A stretch of DNA of 64,000 bases from Lama glama (Eukaryota). Shown piece by piece: positions 1-12,879 of this stretch. Where the stretch lies: positions 54,066,001-54,130,000 of the forward strand of contig CM052816.1 in assembly GCA_028534125.1 (NCBI GenBank). The letters run 5' to 3'. A program made the translations under genes and the position numbers. A model generated the notes under the pieces. The model did no database searches. It had not been told where the DNA came from and was given only the letters and a program-made list of their open reading frames with translations. Every line of letters begins with the position of its first letter. The stretch's first letter is position 1.

Positions 1-5
1 ATAAC

Positions 6-140
6 TTTTTTTTTAATTTTAATTTTTTATTGAGGTGTAGTTGATTTACAATGTTAGTTGCAGGTGTACAGCAGTGCGATTCAGTTATGCATATACATAC
101 ATATATATACATATATTTTCAGGTTCTTTTCCATTATACT
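6..140 (-). mobile_element. L1 3' terminal fragment
   Basis: T-rich tail followed by ttattgaggtgtagttgatttacaatgttagtt..caggtgtacagca, the reverse complement of an L1 3' end. Confidence 0.75.
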
Positions 141-187
141 TATATGTAACATTTCTGAGATGACTCTGGATATTCATTTTGACATCT

Positions 188-730
188 TATGGTGAACGCT
201 GTGGCTGCCTCCTCAGTATCTGGTTTTTCTGCCTGATATATACCTGTATTTTCATTAACACTGTCCACTGTTTGTTACAGCATAAACACAGCTCATGTTC
301 TTTGAGGGAAACTGCTCCACCTCTAGCTTTAGAAATGGGCCTCTGAGTGATATTAGCCAATCATATTCCATTTCCCTATTACAGAAATTCATCCTGGGTG
401 GACATGTGATTTAGGCTGATTTAAATAAGGTACATTTCAGAACTCTTGCTTAGAATTCTGGGACAGAAGTGCTTTCTTCCGTGTAACTCTGATTGTGGCT
501 GCAGCATTCCTTTAGCACTAGGGAATCTGGCCTTGGGATGAAGCTTGTACCATAGGTAGCAGAGTGAAGAGAAAAAAAGAAGGTTCTTAATGGCATTTTT
601 GCTGGATCAGACAACCTTAAAGCAGATCCTCCTCCTGGAATTTAGTTACATGAGCCAGAAAATCTCTATAGTGTTTAAATCCCTTGAGTTGAAATCCTGT
701 TACTTGCAGTAGAGTACTAATTGATGTCAT
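188..730. mobile_element. MaLR LTR (MLT1-like), degraded
   Basis: MLT1-type motifs such as gccaatcatattccatttcc, ggacatgtgatttaggctg, tttagttacatgagcc and terminal tgttacttgca. Confidence 0.6.
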
Positions 731-1289
731 TACTCTAATCCCTAATTTAGGTGTACCTATGTATAATGTAAGGAGTGATTTCCTTTATTGAACAGACTAG
801 AGATTGTCTTTCTTCCTTTCTGTCCCTTCATCCTTCCTTGTAAATTCTGTGGCTTTAGGTTTAACTTTTACTCCTCTTTCCCCGTCCATTTCAGTGTCCT
901 CTTGAGGTCTGACCGATCCTCTGCATCAGAAATAGGGAAGAATGCTGTCTGTCTTTAACCCTCCCCCTCAACTCTCAACTCTTACCTAGTTCAGTGCTGT
1001 TCTTTGATCAGTGCAGGTGGAAAAAAGAGGGAGAGGAGGAAGGGACAGATAGACCTATCTTGCCTTAATCCCAACCATTTGTTCTCAGACTATGTCCTTC
1101 TGTTCCATTCCTTCAACCTACCTCCTAGGAGGTAGGAGAGTCACCAGTTCTGTTGCAAAGACTGCAATAAATTAGGAGGCGTTCTTGGCATTTGTTTTGA
1201 ATTTCTTTTTCCTTCTGAGCTTAGTTATATACAGTAAACATAATATCCTGTAGAAAGTGTTTCATTCATATACTCAATAGCATTAAATA

Positions 1290-1457
1290 GACTTTTGTGG
1301 GACATTTTATGAAGCTTAACACCAAGTACATGTATAGCATTTTTCGACTTTTGTGGGACATTTTATGAAGCTTAACACCAAGTACATGTATAGCATTTTT
1401 CGACTTTTGTGGGACATTTGATGAAGCTTAACACCAAGTACATGTATAGCATTTTTC
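1290..1457 (+). repeat. Tandem repeat, 3 x 56 bp
   Basis: Unit gacttttgtgggacattttatgaagcttaacaccaagtacatgtatagcatttttc at 1290, 1346 and 1402; one substitution in copy 3. Confidence 0.97.
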
Positions 1458-1592
1458 CTATGGAAAATATGATTACTGAGATCCCTAAAACCCTGTGGGT
1501 AATTAACATTTTTATATTATAACTGAGTCCCCAAATGGAGAATAACTTATATTGTGATAACCTGGTTTCATGTTTACTCTAAATTTTTTCTA

Positions 1593-1695
1593 GGGCGTGG
1601 AGGGTATAGTTTAGAGATAGAGCACATACGTGGCGTGTATGAGGTCCTGGGTTCAATCCCCACTGCCTCAATTTAAAAAAAAAATGTTTTAAATA
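1593..1695 (+). mobile_element. tRNA-derived SINE (camelid Vic-1-like)
   Basis: gggcgtggagggtatagtttagagatagagc (A box region), gggttcaatcccc (B box), A-rich tail; flanked by imperfect TSD aaat(t/a)ttttct. Confidence 0.8.
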
Positions 1696-2081
1696 AATAT
1701 TTTCTGTCTCTTGTTTTCATGTAATATTGTCAGCCATTAACATGTCTCTTAGTCTTCCTGCTTCTAGTAACTTCTGCTTATATCTGTCACTGTTTTTTTG
1801 TTGTTTTTTGCTATTGCTCATCTATTTTAGGGGAACTTAGACTGTTTTCACTTATTTCTGAATAATGATGTGAAAATTGAGAATGTCAGAAGTCTGCTCT
1901 CTGATTATTGCTTGACTTGGACTAGACTTTCTTTCTCTAGCCGCCATAACATTGTACCTTAATCTCCTATAGGATATAAGCTCCTTAAAGGCAGGAATAT
2001 GTCCCTCAGATGCCTGACACAAAAAAAAGACTCTTGGTAAATACTGTAAAATGAATGAATTTACTCTATGTAACATTTTAA

Positions 2082-2460
2082 AAGTTTTTTATTTTATTGA
2101 GTTATAGTCAGTTTACAATGTTGTGTCATTTTCCAGTGTAGAGCACAATTTTTCAGTTATACATGAACATACATACATTCATGTCATGTTCTTTTTCACT
2201 GTGAGCTTCCACAAAATCTTTTCCCTGTGCTGTACAGTATAATTTTTTTAATCTATTCTATATATACCTGTCAGTATCTACAAATTTTGAACTCCCAGTC
2301 TGTCCCTTCCCACCCTCCTCCCCCTGGCAACTCCACAAGTTTGTATTCTATGTCTGAGTCTGTTTCTGTTTTGTATTTATGTTCATTTGTCTTTTTCTTT
2401 TCTTTTCTTTTCTTTTCTTTTCTTTTCTTTTCTTTTCTTTCTTTTCTTTTCTTTTCTTTT
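2082..2460 (-). mobile_element. Young L1 3' end (copy A), cut by gap; ends in (TTTTC)n
   Basis: Reverse complement of the same 3' UTR seen at 7500-7830, 12260-12550 and 59600-59940; (TTTTC)n at ~2392-2460. Confidence 0.9.
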
Positions 2461-2960
2461 NNNNNNNNNNNNNNNNNNNNNNNNNNNNNNNNNNNNNNNN
2501 NNNNNNNNNNNNNNNNNNNNNNNNNNNNNNNNNNNNNNNNNNNNNNNNNNNNNNNNNNNNNNNNNNNNNNNNNNNNNNNNNNNNNNNNNNNNNNNNNNNN
2601 NNNNNNNNNNNNNNNNNNNNNNNNNNNNNNNNNNNNNNNNNNNNNNNNNNNNNNNNNNNNNNNNNNNNNNNNNNNNNNNNNNNNNNNNNNNNNNNNNNNN
2701 NNNNNNNNNNNNNNNNNNNNNNNNNNNNNNNNNNNNNNNNNNNNNNNNNNNNNNNNNNNNNNNNNNNNNNNNNNNNNNNNNNNNNNNNNNNNNNNNNNNN
2801 NNNNNNNNNNNNNNNNNNNNNNNNNNNNNNNNNNNNNNNNNNNNNNNNNNNNNNNNNNNNNNNNNNNNNNNNNNNNNNNNNNNNNNNNNNNNNNNNNNNN
2901 NNNNNNNNNNNNNNNNNNNNNNNNNNNNNNNNNNNNNNNNNNNNNNNNNNNNNNNNNNNN
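2461..2960. other. Scaffold gap (500 N)
   Basis: Run of 500 N; fixed size suggests a scaffolding join of unknown true length. Confidence 0.99.
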
Positions 2961-3088
2961 CTGAACTCCATTTGCAGCTAGGGTCCTACCAAACTGTTGC
3001 CAGCACTTAGGAGAATTACACCCTAGAATTACAAAGGCCATTACAAGGAACACTCTGATTGAATAAGATCATTCAAAAAGTGCACTTA

Positions 3089-3579
3089 ACCTGTGGACTG
3101 GGAGAAAATCTTTGCAAATGATACAACCAACATGGATGGACCTACAGATTATCATACTAAGTGAAGTAAGTCAGGGAGAGAAAGACAAATATCACATGAT
3201 ATCATTTATATGTGGAATCTAAAAGGTAATACAAATTAATATATTCACAAAACAGAAACAGACTCATAGACCTAGAAAACAAACTTATGGTTACCAAAGG
3301 GAAAAGCTGGGGGGCAGGGGAGAACAAACTAGGAGTATGGGATTAACACACCATTATATATAAAGTAGATAAACAACAAGGATTTACTGTACAGCATAGG
3401 GAACTATCTTATTTAATAGTAATAACCTACAATGGAAAAGAGTCTGAAAAAGTATATATGTATGTGCGTGTGTGTATATGTGTGTGTGTGTGTATAAAAC
3501 TGAATCACTTTGCTGTACACCTGAAACTAATACTGTAAATCAACTACAGTTCAATCAAAAAGTTAAATAATAAATAAAT
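3089..3579 (+). mobile_element. 5'-truncated L1 with internal deletion, inserted in the ERV
   Basis: ORF2 end and 3' UTR with A-rich tail; TSD aaaaagtgcactta (3075-3088) / aaaaagtgtcctta (3580-3593). Confidence 0.85.
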
Positions 3580-6500
3580 AAAAAGTGTCCTTAGAAGCAA
3601 GGGCTTCCAAATCTAACAAATAGAATGGGATACCTATTTTAACTGGTATGCAGGCACCTCCAAAAGACTTCAAAATTCCAAAAGAGCTTCATTGAAAGAT
3701 CTGTTGTAAAAGGCTTATGACAAGTTGAAGAGATAGGAGGTACCTAAAACAGGAGGATGGTGAGACTAATGTGACTCCTACTGCTTCTTTTCCTGAGTAC
3801 TCGTGTTTCACTAATTCTGTCTGAATTGCCTTTCCACCCAGAAGAGATGATTTAATAGTTATCTTTTAAAATAAGACCACCTAAGGCTACAGATTATCCT
3901 CTTTAGATATCTTTCACTTCTTGGCCAAAGGCCAAACTAATGACCAGAGTTGAAAAGAATTTCTTAGAGCGGAGAGTATTCTTAAAAGTTTCTGTAAATG
4001 GATTACTTTCTGAAATTACTGGACAAACAACTAGGGCAGAAAAAAAGATGGGAGGCCACTGATCCAACTGAACTTGTGACCATAGCTGATATTCAGAGCC
4101 TGACAGGAAATTTTTTATGTTTTCTCCTCTAAGTTAAAATAAAACTATGTACCCAGAGGGAAAGAAGTAAATTGAGAATAATGTAGTTGGACAGAAGGAT
4201 CAACCTATGATGTCATTTAAGTTACAACCTAATTCTTTTGAGGACAAATCTTTGCAAAACTGGTAATACAGCTCGAGAGGCCCATTCAAGCTCCACACGT
4301 TCTTTTTCACCAATCCCCAAACCTTCTCTATTTATCTAAAAAGCTGGTTAAGTAATCTCTCTTATTGAGAACTCTTATGGAAACCATCCCCAAATCCTAA
4401 GAAGAGCAAAAACGAAAAAACAGGCTTTTAAAAAATACAAACTGCTATAGAAACACCCTCGCCCAAAACCTAATTCAAGGACAAATACAAATCTTAAATG
4501 CCTTCTCCACAAATAATAGTTTAAAAAAAAAGAAAAGCTTTAGCCATCTGAGTAGATAAACTTATTTCAACTGTTACTTTTGACTAATGAGTTTTGTATT
4601 TTTATACCTGATTCATGGCAAATTTTTTTTTCATAAGGTCTCTGTTTCTGTCTGTGTTTAATGTATGTCTATCTATGTACATTATAGACGTGGAATTTTT
4701 TTCCCTCTGAATGGTATTGCCAAAATTCATTTGTAAAAGTACTATTTAACTGGTGTAAAATCAAGCTTTTTATAAATGAAGTATATCTAAATCTCAGGAA
4801 CATATAATAAACTAACTCAAATGTTTTTTCAAGTTCCGGTGATCTAGGATAATTTTTGGTAAATAAGAACTAGTTTAAATTCATTGGTTAATTAATACAG
4901 ATATGTCTTTAGAGTTATTAGCATTAAGTATAATTCTTTCATTCTATCTAGGTTTACTTAAAGTCAAATAAGTCATGATATCTATTAAAAAATTTGTCAG
5001 CCAGAAAGAGAACTCAGGATGATGACTGACAATGTCTAACATCTGATGAAGTTTTTGTAGATAATTTAAACATGATTGTTAAGAACAAATGAGTTAAATA
5101 AACGTAAAAGAGGTAAGAGATTAAAGTGAACTTTTTAGCAATGATTTTTTTTGTTTTATGATTAAAGAGTTTCCCAAATCTCTTTGGTAACTTACACCTT
5201 AAAGTTTTGCTAAATTAATTAAGTTAAATAATGGTTAAGTTAAATTCAATGAATATCTTGATCATTTCCAAATAAGATAAAACACAGAAACATTAATTAC
5301 TGAACACAGGTTTATCTAATTTTGGATTCCTATTACAAAGAAACTAAAGAAAAAAGTTGGGTGTGAGAGCAAACATGTCTTCTGCCACAACAAAAGACTG
5401 TGATATTTAAAAGGGCACATGCTTCTAGAAATTATAAATTATACTTATAAATTTGATAATCTAATTAATGCTGGTATCATAGACATTTCATAACTGCTTA
5501 ATTCTTAGTTCTCACTAGAAATTAAGGTTTTCAAGGATTATGAATTCCAGTTAATGTGTGTTATTAAGCCTACTGGAAATAACAGGAGAAACAACTCTGT
5601 ATGCAAGAAAAGTAGGATCTGTTTTTCATCAAAAAGAACATGAGGATATGTGTGTTTTAAAAAGAGAGAGACAGAGAGGGGAAGAGAAAGGGAGTATTAA
5701 CTTGTGAGGCCAAGCTGACTAAAACAATAAAGTTTATTATAAGGGTTATGAAATGAAGCTTAAATATCAATAGTGTACTTACATAAAGCTAGAACTTCAT
5801 TTTTTATCTGTTAAAAGGACAAAGTTTTAATGGACTATTGGTCAGCCCTTGATCAGCTATTTTGAAAGTTTTTCTTTCCTTTTAAATAACCTGTCTAGAA
5901 AGCAAAGATTTTGTTGCTTTTTTTGTTTTAAATCAGGTCTCTGATAACTTAGGAAAATTGAGTCCACTTAATATTAAAACAGCTAAATTTTGCTTACACC
6001 TGTGTAACGTTTTGTGTTTGCTTTTGATATCTTTTATTGTCACTATGGTCAAACAGATAATTAAGTATTGTTTCATAATGATCTGTGATCCTATTTAATC
6101 AAGTGTCCAAATCTTTTAATATTTTGGACAAACTTCCCCAAACTAAATACTAAATAAAGTCTTTCTGATCTCTAACTTTGGGATTTTTCATCTCAAAGGA
6201 TTTGCTCTCTCTCCTTATAAAGAGAGCGCCACTATATTAATTAGGCTTATTTGGTATATTAAACTACATGTGAAGCATTGTCAAATAAGTGATGCAAAAA
6301 CCTTCTTGGATTACATTTATGTGGATCTTCGTTATTAATATAAGCGTTCCTGAAATAATACAAAATTCTTAGAAATCTGATGTCTTAGTATAACATTATC
6401 AGTCACAATTCTAGTTATTATTCTAAAATGTTGTATGCCATGAAAATAAACAAATTTCCCTGTCTATTCCATTAAAACAAACCCTTAGCAAATCTTTAAT

Positions 6501-7370
6501 AACAGACATTTAAGTCTTCTGCCATTTACAATTACTGTTTTACTCTGATGCTTTACGAAAATGTTCCTATAAAAATGCTTCATTTCATAAAAAATACCCT
6601 TGTAAGTACTCTGCAATGCAGGTTTTTGATAATGTTAGGATTGTAACACTGAACTGAGTAAAAATTTCTAAAACTGTAATGGAAAGCTGATTGACTCATA
6701 AAGCTGCTAACCTAAAATGAAGATCAACAAGAATTAATTACAGGAGACTAAATGAACTAATGAGGATGATCATAATTTCTATGACTTCTTATGCTGGTTC
6801 TCCAATATTTTGTTTCCCAGATACAAGGAGGCCTTTCCTCTTAAGCTCAACATAACTTACAGCAATTTGGTAAATTATATCTTTGTAAGCAGAACTGAAA
6901 CATTATCTCTTTCTCTCTATCTGATCCTTCCAGGATTTGTAAACTCTGAGTGAATATTCTTATTTTCATGGCAGTATAGTTATTTGCATAAATTTGAAAA
7001 GAATCTGTTCTCCTTATAACAGGATACAATTAGACACATTGGTTGTATTGCCAAGGCTTTGGCTAAAATGTCATATTTGAGAATGTCCCTAGACTCAGAT
7101 AGGACCAAACAGCTTTAAGGAACTAACACTGACTTTATGAGCCAATAAAGCCCCTTGGAAAAACAGTCTAGTACCTTGCTTACAGAGTTCCCAGTAGCCT
7201 TACCTGTTGAGTAAGGAAGGTCACTTCCTGGCAGGAATAGGAACCTTGGGATATTTGGGAGACCTCAAGAAGGGAGGAGTTCACCCAAATCTATAGGTAC
7301 TGCAGGAGTGTCTTACGGCAACTTTTGGCTTGGCTTCCTGGCCTTGAGGGGTATTTAAAAGTTTATGTGA

Positions 7371-7950
7371 CATTCTCCAGGAGCATCCATGTTGCTGCAA
7401 ATGGCGTTATGTTGTCAGTTTTTATCGCTGAATATTCTAAGTGAAGTAAGCCAGAAAGAGAAAGAAAAATACCTTATGAGATCGCTCACATGTGGAATCT
7501 AAAACAAAACAAAACAAAAAACACAAAAAAAAACAAACAAAGCATAAATACAAAACAGAAATAGACTCATAGACATAGAATACAAACTTGTGGTTGCCAA
7601 GGGGGCAGGGGTGGGAAGGGACAAACTCGGATTTCAAAACTGTAGAACAGATAAACAAGACTATGTGGTATAGCACAGGGAAATACATACAAGATCTTAT
7701 GGTAGCTCACAGAGAAAAAAATGTGACAATGAATATATATATATGTTCACGTATAACTGAAAAATTGTGTTCTACACTGGAATTTGACACAACATTGTAA
7801 AATGATTATAAATCAATAAAAAATGTTTAAAAAAAAAACTATGTTCAACATGGAACATTAAACCATTTGAAAATTTCCCCTTGTTTGCTGAGTCAGATAA
7901 ATCAATAAAACTATTGGTGAAAGTCAAAAAATAAAAAATAAAAAATAAAT
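7371..7950 (+). mobile_element. L1 insertion with 5' inversion and 3' transduction
   Basis: TSD aaaagtttatgtga (7357-7370) / aaaagtttacgtga (7951-7964); antisense L1 7371-7434; sense L1 7435-7838; extra sequence 7839-7925; second A-rich tail. Confidence 0.9.
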
Positions 7951-8833
7951 AAAAGTTTACGTGAGATTACTTCTGAAAAAGTCCCAGCAAAGCATACTTA
8001 AAAGAGCCTATATGATCAACTCTTATTCTTGTGGCACTTATGTAAATAACCCGGTCAAGTTTATTGAATGTAAATTTATTCTGCAAACAAAGTAGTCTTA
8101 ATTTGGCTATCTTTGGTTAAAATTGGGGTAATTTTAGAGAAAAAATGTTTCATTAATATACTTCTATGGACACTAGATTCTAGTAGTGGTCACTGCATTT
8201 TAAGGTTTTGTTTTCTAACTGTAAACTGGACTGTATCCTGAATTCTCCTAATTTCCTCCAATATGTGGCTACAACTCTCCAAACTAATGTTTACAATTTT
8301 TCTCCCACCCTTTTGACTTGGAATCATTAAGAATTAAGACTGCCATTTTCTCAAAGCTGTGCAAACTAAAGTTAGACAACTTGACATAAATGTCATAGAA
8401 ATCACAACAGCTCGTGTATGGACAATCTTTGTGCCTAATGCTGTATGGTCATTCAGAAAGATTATCAGACATACAAACTGTAAACCAGGAAAATCTATTA
8501 GGTTGTCACTGTCTGCCCTCACTCCAACTGAAGATGTTTAGAGCCAGACATCTAGAAATGTTCTCAACTGGCTGCATTCGGAATTCAGAAATTGGGATTA
8601 TAGTCTGCTCCAATCATTATTATTTTTCTTTTATTTCCATAGAAATGCCTCGTTAAATACCTGACTGCTTATACCATAGGCCTAACTTGGGAAGCTCACC
8701 TGCATCACTGCCTCCTGAAATGAAACACAACTGTTTAACTGAAATGACTTATTCTCAGGTCTAAGAGATTGGTTGAGTGAGATTAGGTAATCTATCAACA
8801 CAAATTTTCTTGGGGAATTTCCAAAGGTGGGAC

Positions 8834-9312
8834 TGAAGGAGCTCAGAATGAGCATCCTCAAAATATGCCACCTTAGCATGTGGATTATTTTGAGCTAAAA
8901 GACAAAAGAGACCCTGTGGGCTCAAGAAGAATTTCTGCCCCTCCCTTAACTACCAAGAAGAATTTAAACTGGGGGTCTTTCCCAGAACAAGAATTACTAG
9001 CAGAAAACAATTTTATCTGAGTGACCGAACTATATAGCAGAGCAAACATCTAATTACCAAACATCTGCTCTTCTTATTGTCCTGTGAATTGCCCTCCACT
9101 CCTTTGAAGCCCCAGGCCCCTTTCTATTCCTTAGCTCAGGATGGCATATATATCTAATTTTACCCTCCTGTCTTTGAAACTCTCAGGTATCTGGGGTTTC
9201 TGTATGTATAAAATTAAATTTGACTTTCTCTTGTTAATCTATATCCTGTCAATTTGATTAGACCAGCTGAAAGAACATTTGAAAGTTAGGGAAATATTTT
9301 TCCTCCCCAACA
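8834..9312 (+). mobile_element. ERV1 3' LTR (MER34-like)
   Basis: TG...CA ends, preceded by a purine tract; colinear with the LTR at 20856-21602 (shared gccaccttagcatgtggattattttgag ... tcctccccaaca). Confidence 0.88.
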
Positions 9313-9379
9313 CAGTTTAATTATTTCCAAACCAAAAGAATATTAAATGCATTTTAACAACTGTATTAAATTATTAGTG

Positions 9380-10385
9380 TAAGTAGCTCATACAACTTAA
9401 CAATAAAAAACCAAACAATCCATTCAAAAAATGGGCAGAAGACCTAAACAAGCAATTCTCCAATGAAGACACACAAATGGCCAATAGGCACATGAGAAAA
9501 TGCTCAATATCGCTAATTATCAGAGAAATGCAAATCAAAACTACAATGAAGTACCACCTCACAGCAGTCCGAATGGCTATCATTCAAAAGTCCACAAATG
9601 ATAAATGCTAGAGGCTGTGGAGAAAAGGGAACCCTCCTACACTGCTGGTGGGAATGTTGTCTGGTGCAGCCATTATGGAAAACGGCATGGAGATTCCTCA
9701 AAAGACTTAAAGTAAACTTACCATATGATCCAGCAATCCCACTCCTGAGCATATATCCAGAGGGAACCTTAATTCAAAAAGATTCATGCACCCCAGTGTT
9801 CACAGCAGCACTATTGACAACAGCCAAGACATGGAAATAACCTAAATGTCCATCGACAGATGACTGGATATAGAAGTTGTGGTATATTTATACAGTGAAA
9901 TACCACTCAGTCATAAAAAATAATAAAATAATGCCATTTGCAGCAATATGGATGGACCTGGAGAATGTCATTCTAAGTGAAGTAAGCCAGAAAGAGAAAG
10001 AAAAATACCATATGATATCACTTATATGTGAAATCTTAAAAAAAAAAAAGACAAACTTATTTACAAAACAGAAACTGACTCACAAACATAGAAAACAAAC
10101 TTATGGTTATAGGGGATGGGAGGAGAGGGTGGGAAGGGATAAACTGGGCTTTCAAGATTTGCAGATACTAACTAATATATATAACATAGATAAAGAACAA
10201 GTTTATAATGTACAGCAAGGGAAACTATATTCAGCATCTTGTAACTAATGATAAAAAGAATATGAAAACAAATATATGTATTTCATGTATGACTGAAGTA
10301 TTGTCCTGCACACCAGAAATTGACACAACACTGTAAACTGACTATATGTCAATAAAAATACATACATATTATACATATATGAAAA
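9380..10385 (+). mobile_element. 5'-truncated L1 (ORF2 C-terminus and 3' UTR)
   Basis: ORFs 9598-9840 and 9877-10248 give L1 ORF2 C-terminal motifs ([25 protein letters not shown]); TSD aaattattagtg / aaatcattagtg. Confidence 0.92.
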
Positions 10386-10484
10386 AAATCATTAGTGGAA
10401 TTATAAATAGATAAAACTCTTTGGAGGGCAACTTGCCAGTATCTCTCAAAATTTAAAACACATAAGCCACCTGACCCAGCAAAT

Positions 10485-11047
10485 GGTAGCAGACTATACC
10501 ACCCTGAAATAGGTCACTTTGGCATAAGGATAATTTTGAGCTGAAGGCAACTGAGAAAAAGTAAATATAAGAAAAGTCATCTGCCCTTCCCTATTTACCT
10601 AAAAGCTGGACATAAATTTGTGAAAGTGTCTCCCCTTCCCCCTCTACTACAAGACAGAAAATTAATCACCAGATTAATCACTCTAGACCCTTATTAACCC
10701 AGAGAGGCATCAGGGGAATATGCATAACAAACTTTTCTGATAAGCCCTTATCATCCTTAGTTCCCCTATATATATATTTACCTCCTCACAATCTGCCCCA
10801 AACTCAAAAGTCTTTTTCCTTTGTATTATCCCTTTTCTACAAATTTGTTGTTCTTTTGTTAAGATGCTACATACAGTCAAGTTCTAACCTTTCTGAGTTA
10901 TTCATTACTGAATAGTTCTCTGTGGTTTTGTGTTAATAAACTTGCTTGTTTTTTTTCCTTGGTAATCTGTCTTTGTCATTTAATTTATAGAGTCTCAGCC
11001 AGAGTATTTAGAAGGGTAGAGAAAAAAGTTTCTCCTCCCCTATGCCA
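10485..11047 (+). mobile_element. Solo LTR, MER34A-like
   Basis: cactttggcataaggataattttgagctgaaggcaactgag near the start; aataaacttg..tggtaatctgtct..tttctcctcccct near the end. Confidence 0.7.
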
Positions 11048-11595
11048 ACAGTTCAACTTGCAGAAACTTATTTTACAAATGTGCAGGTAGATCTGTAGAA
11101 CTACACACATGAGGAAATTCACTGATGTATTTTCCAAACCATTGAAATACTGGAAACAATACAGAGGTTTATCAAGAGAAAACTGGGTTTTTAAAAAATG
11201 CGCTATATCCATACAGAATACTTTAAAAGGAACTGAGGCTGCTCTATATATTCTAATATCAAAGAACAAAAAATTCAATGTGTAAAACAGTGTCTACAGA
11301 GTATACTATCATTTATTTTTGTTTTTAAAGACATAGATGTAAATATTTGTGCATGCACATAATAGCTCTAGAAGGATACAGAAATGAGTAATGATGTTGG
11401 CTCCAAGAGGGGAAAACTGGGTGGCAAGTAGATAGAGGTGGTAGATTCATGTTTCACTGTGTATCTATCTTTTTGTAACTTTGGAATTTTGTGCCATGTC
11501 TATACTGAAAATTGTTCAAAAGACTATTTGGATATATTAAAGAGAGAGAAAGAATAAGATATTGTTTTTATTCTCAAGGAACTTAAAATGTTACA

Positions 11596-12554
11596 GATGA
11601 CAAAGGCTTTATCTCCAGAATATATAAGCAGCTCATATGACTTAATAAGAAAAAAACAAACAATCCAATCCAAAAATGGGCAAAAGACCTAAACAAGCAA
11701 TTCTGCAATGATCAACAGGCACATGAAAAAATGCTCAATATCACTAATTATCAGAGAAATGCAAATCAAAACTACAGTGAGGTATCACCTCACACCAGTC
11801 AGAATGGCCATCATTCAAAAGTCCACAAATGACAAATGCTGGAGAGGCTGTGAACAAAAGGGAACCCTCCTACACTGCTGGTGGGAATGCAGTTTGGTGC
11901 AGCCACTGTGGAAAACAGTATGGAGATTCCTCAAAAGACTAGGAACAGACCTACCATATGACCCAGGAATCCCACTCCTGGGCATATCTCCAGAAAGAAT
12001 CCTACTTCAGGATGACACCCTCACCCCAATGTTCATAGCAGCACTATTTACAATAGCCAAGACATGGTAACAGCCTAAATGTCCATCAACAGATGACTGG
12101 ATAAAGATGTGGTATATTTATACAATGGAATACTATTCAGCCATAAAAACCAACAACATAACGCCATTTGCAGCAACATGGATGCTCCTGGAGAATGTCA
12201 TTCTAAGTGAAGCCAGAAGAGAAAGAAAAGTACCATATAAGATCACTCATATGTGGAATCTAAAAACAAAAACAAAAACAAAAAACCCCACAAAGCATAG
12301 AATACAAACTTGTGGTTGCCAAGGGGGCGGAGGGTGGGAAGGGATAGACTGGGATTTCAAAATTGTAGAATAGATAAACAAGGTTATATGGTATAGCACA
12401 GGGAAATATATACAAGATTTTATGGTAGCTCACAGAGAAAAAAATGTGACAATGAATATATATATGTTCATGTATAACTGAAAAATTGTGCTCTACACTG
12501 GAATTTGACACAACATTGCAAAATGATTATATCAATAAAAATGTTATAAAAAAA
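11596..12554 (+). mobile_element. Young L1 3' fragment, apparently chimeric (flanks from two different insertions)
   Basis: ORF2 C-terminal ORFs 11708-12070 and 12107-12373, then poly(A). The two flanks do not match each other, but each matches a TSD outside the contig. Confidence 0.9.
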
Positions 12555-12879
12555 AAAAGTCTGTCTTCTACGTGTGGACAATCACACTTGCAGATCTGAT
12601 TCTTAAGACTAAAAGTATGACCAAAAGCCTTTGTTAACAACAACAACAAAAAACAGGCAGTCCATTCCTTACTGAAACATGAAGGCTAGCCTATCTCCAG
12701 TGATTTTTTTTTTTCAGCTATCTTTGGCAAACAGTGAATTATTTAAGTGTTAGCAGTGGGATTATTTATGTGATGGGAATTTTAAAGGAAGTAGAATATT
12801 CCATGAATCAACTTATATAAGAAGTCATTTATCAATGCTCCTATTCAGGTCAAATAAAAGTTAAGCCAACGGAATGTCA

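Larger units (their letters stand above)
2961..8833 (+). mobile_element. ERV1 (MER4/MER34-group) non-coding internal region, 3' portion
   Basis: Long AT-rich ERV-internal-like sequence with no intact gag/pol/env ORF, ending in purine tract ccaaaggtgggac just before an LTR; interrupted by two L1 insertions. Confidence 0.7.

Noticed and set aside
1290..1457. CRISPR-like array
   Set aside because: Units are contiguous with no unique spacers, the context is mammalian and there are no cas genes.
1593..1670. tRNA gene
   Set aside because: Degenerate stems, A-rich tail and TSD indicate a tRNA-derived SINE.
2227..3053. Long ORFs of 200-260 aa (likewise 22466-23242)
   Set aside because: Artefacts of translating through N gaps and the (TTTTC)n repeat.
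2961..8833. Coding-competent or domesticated ERV gene
   Set aside because: No long ORF and no recognisable gag/pol/env motifs in the ORF track.
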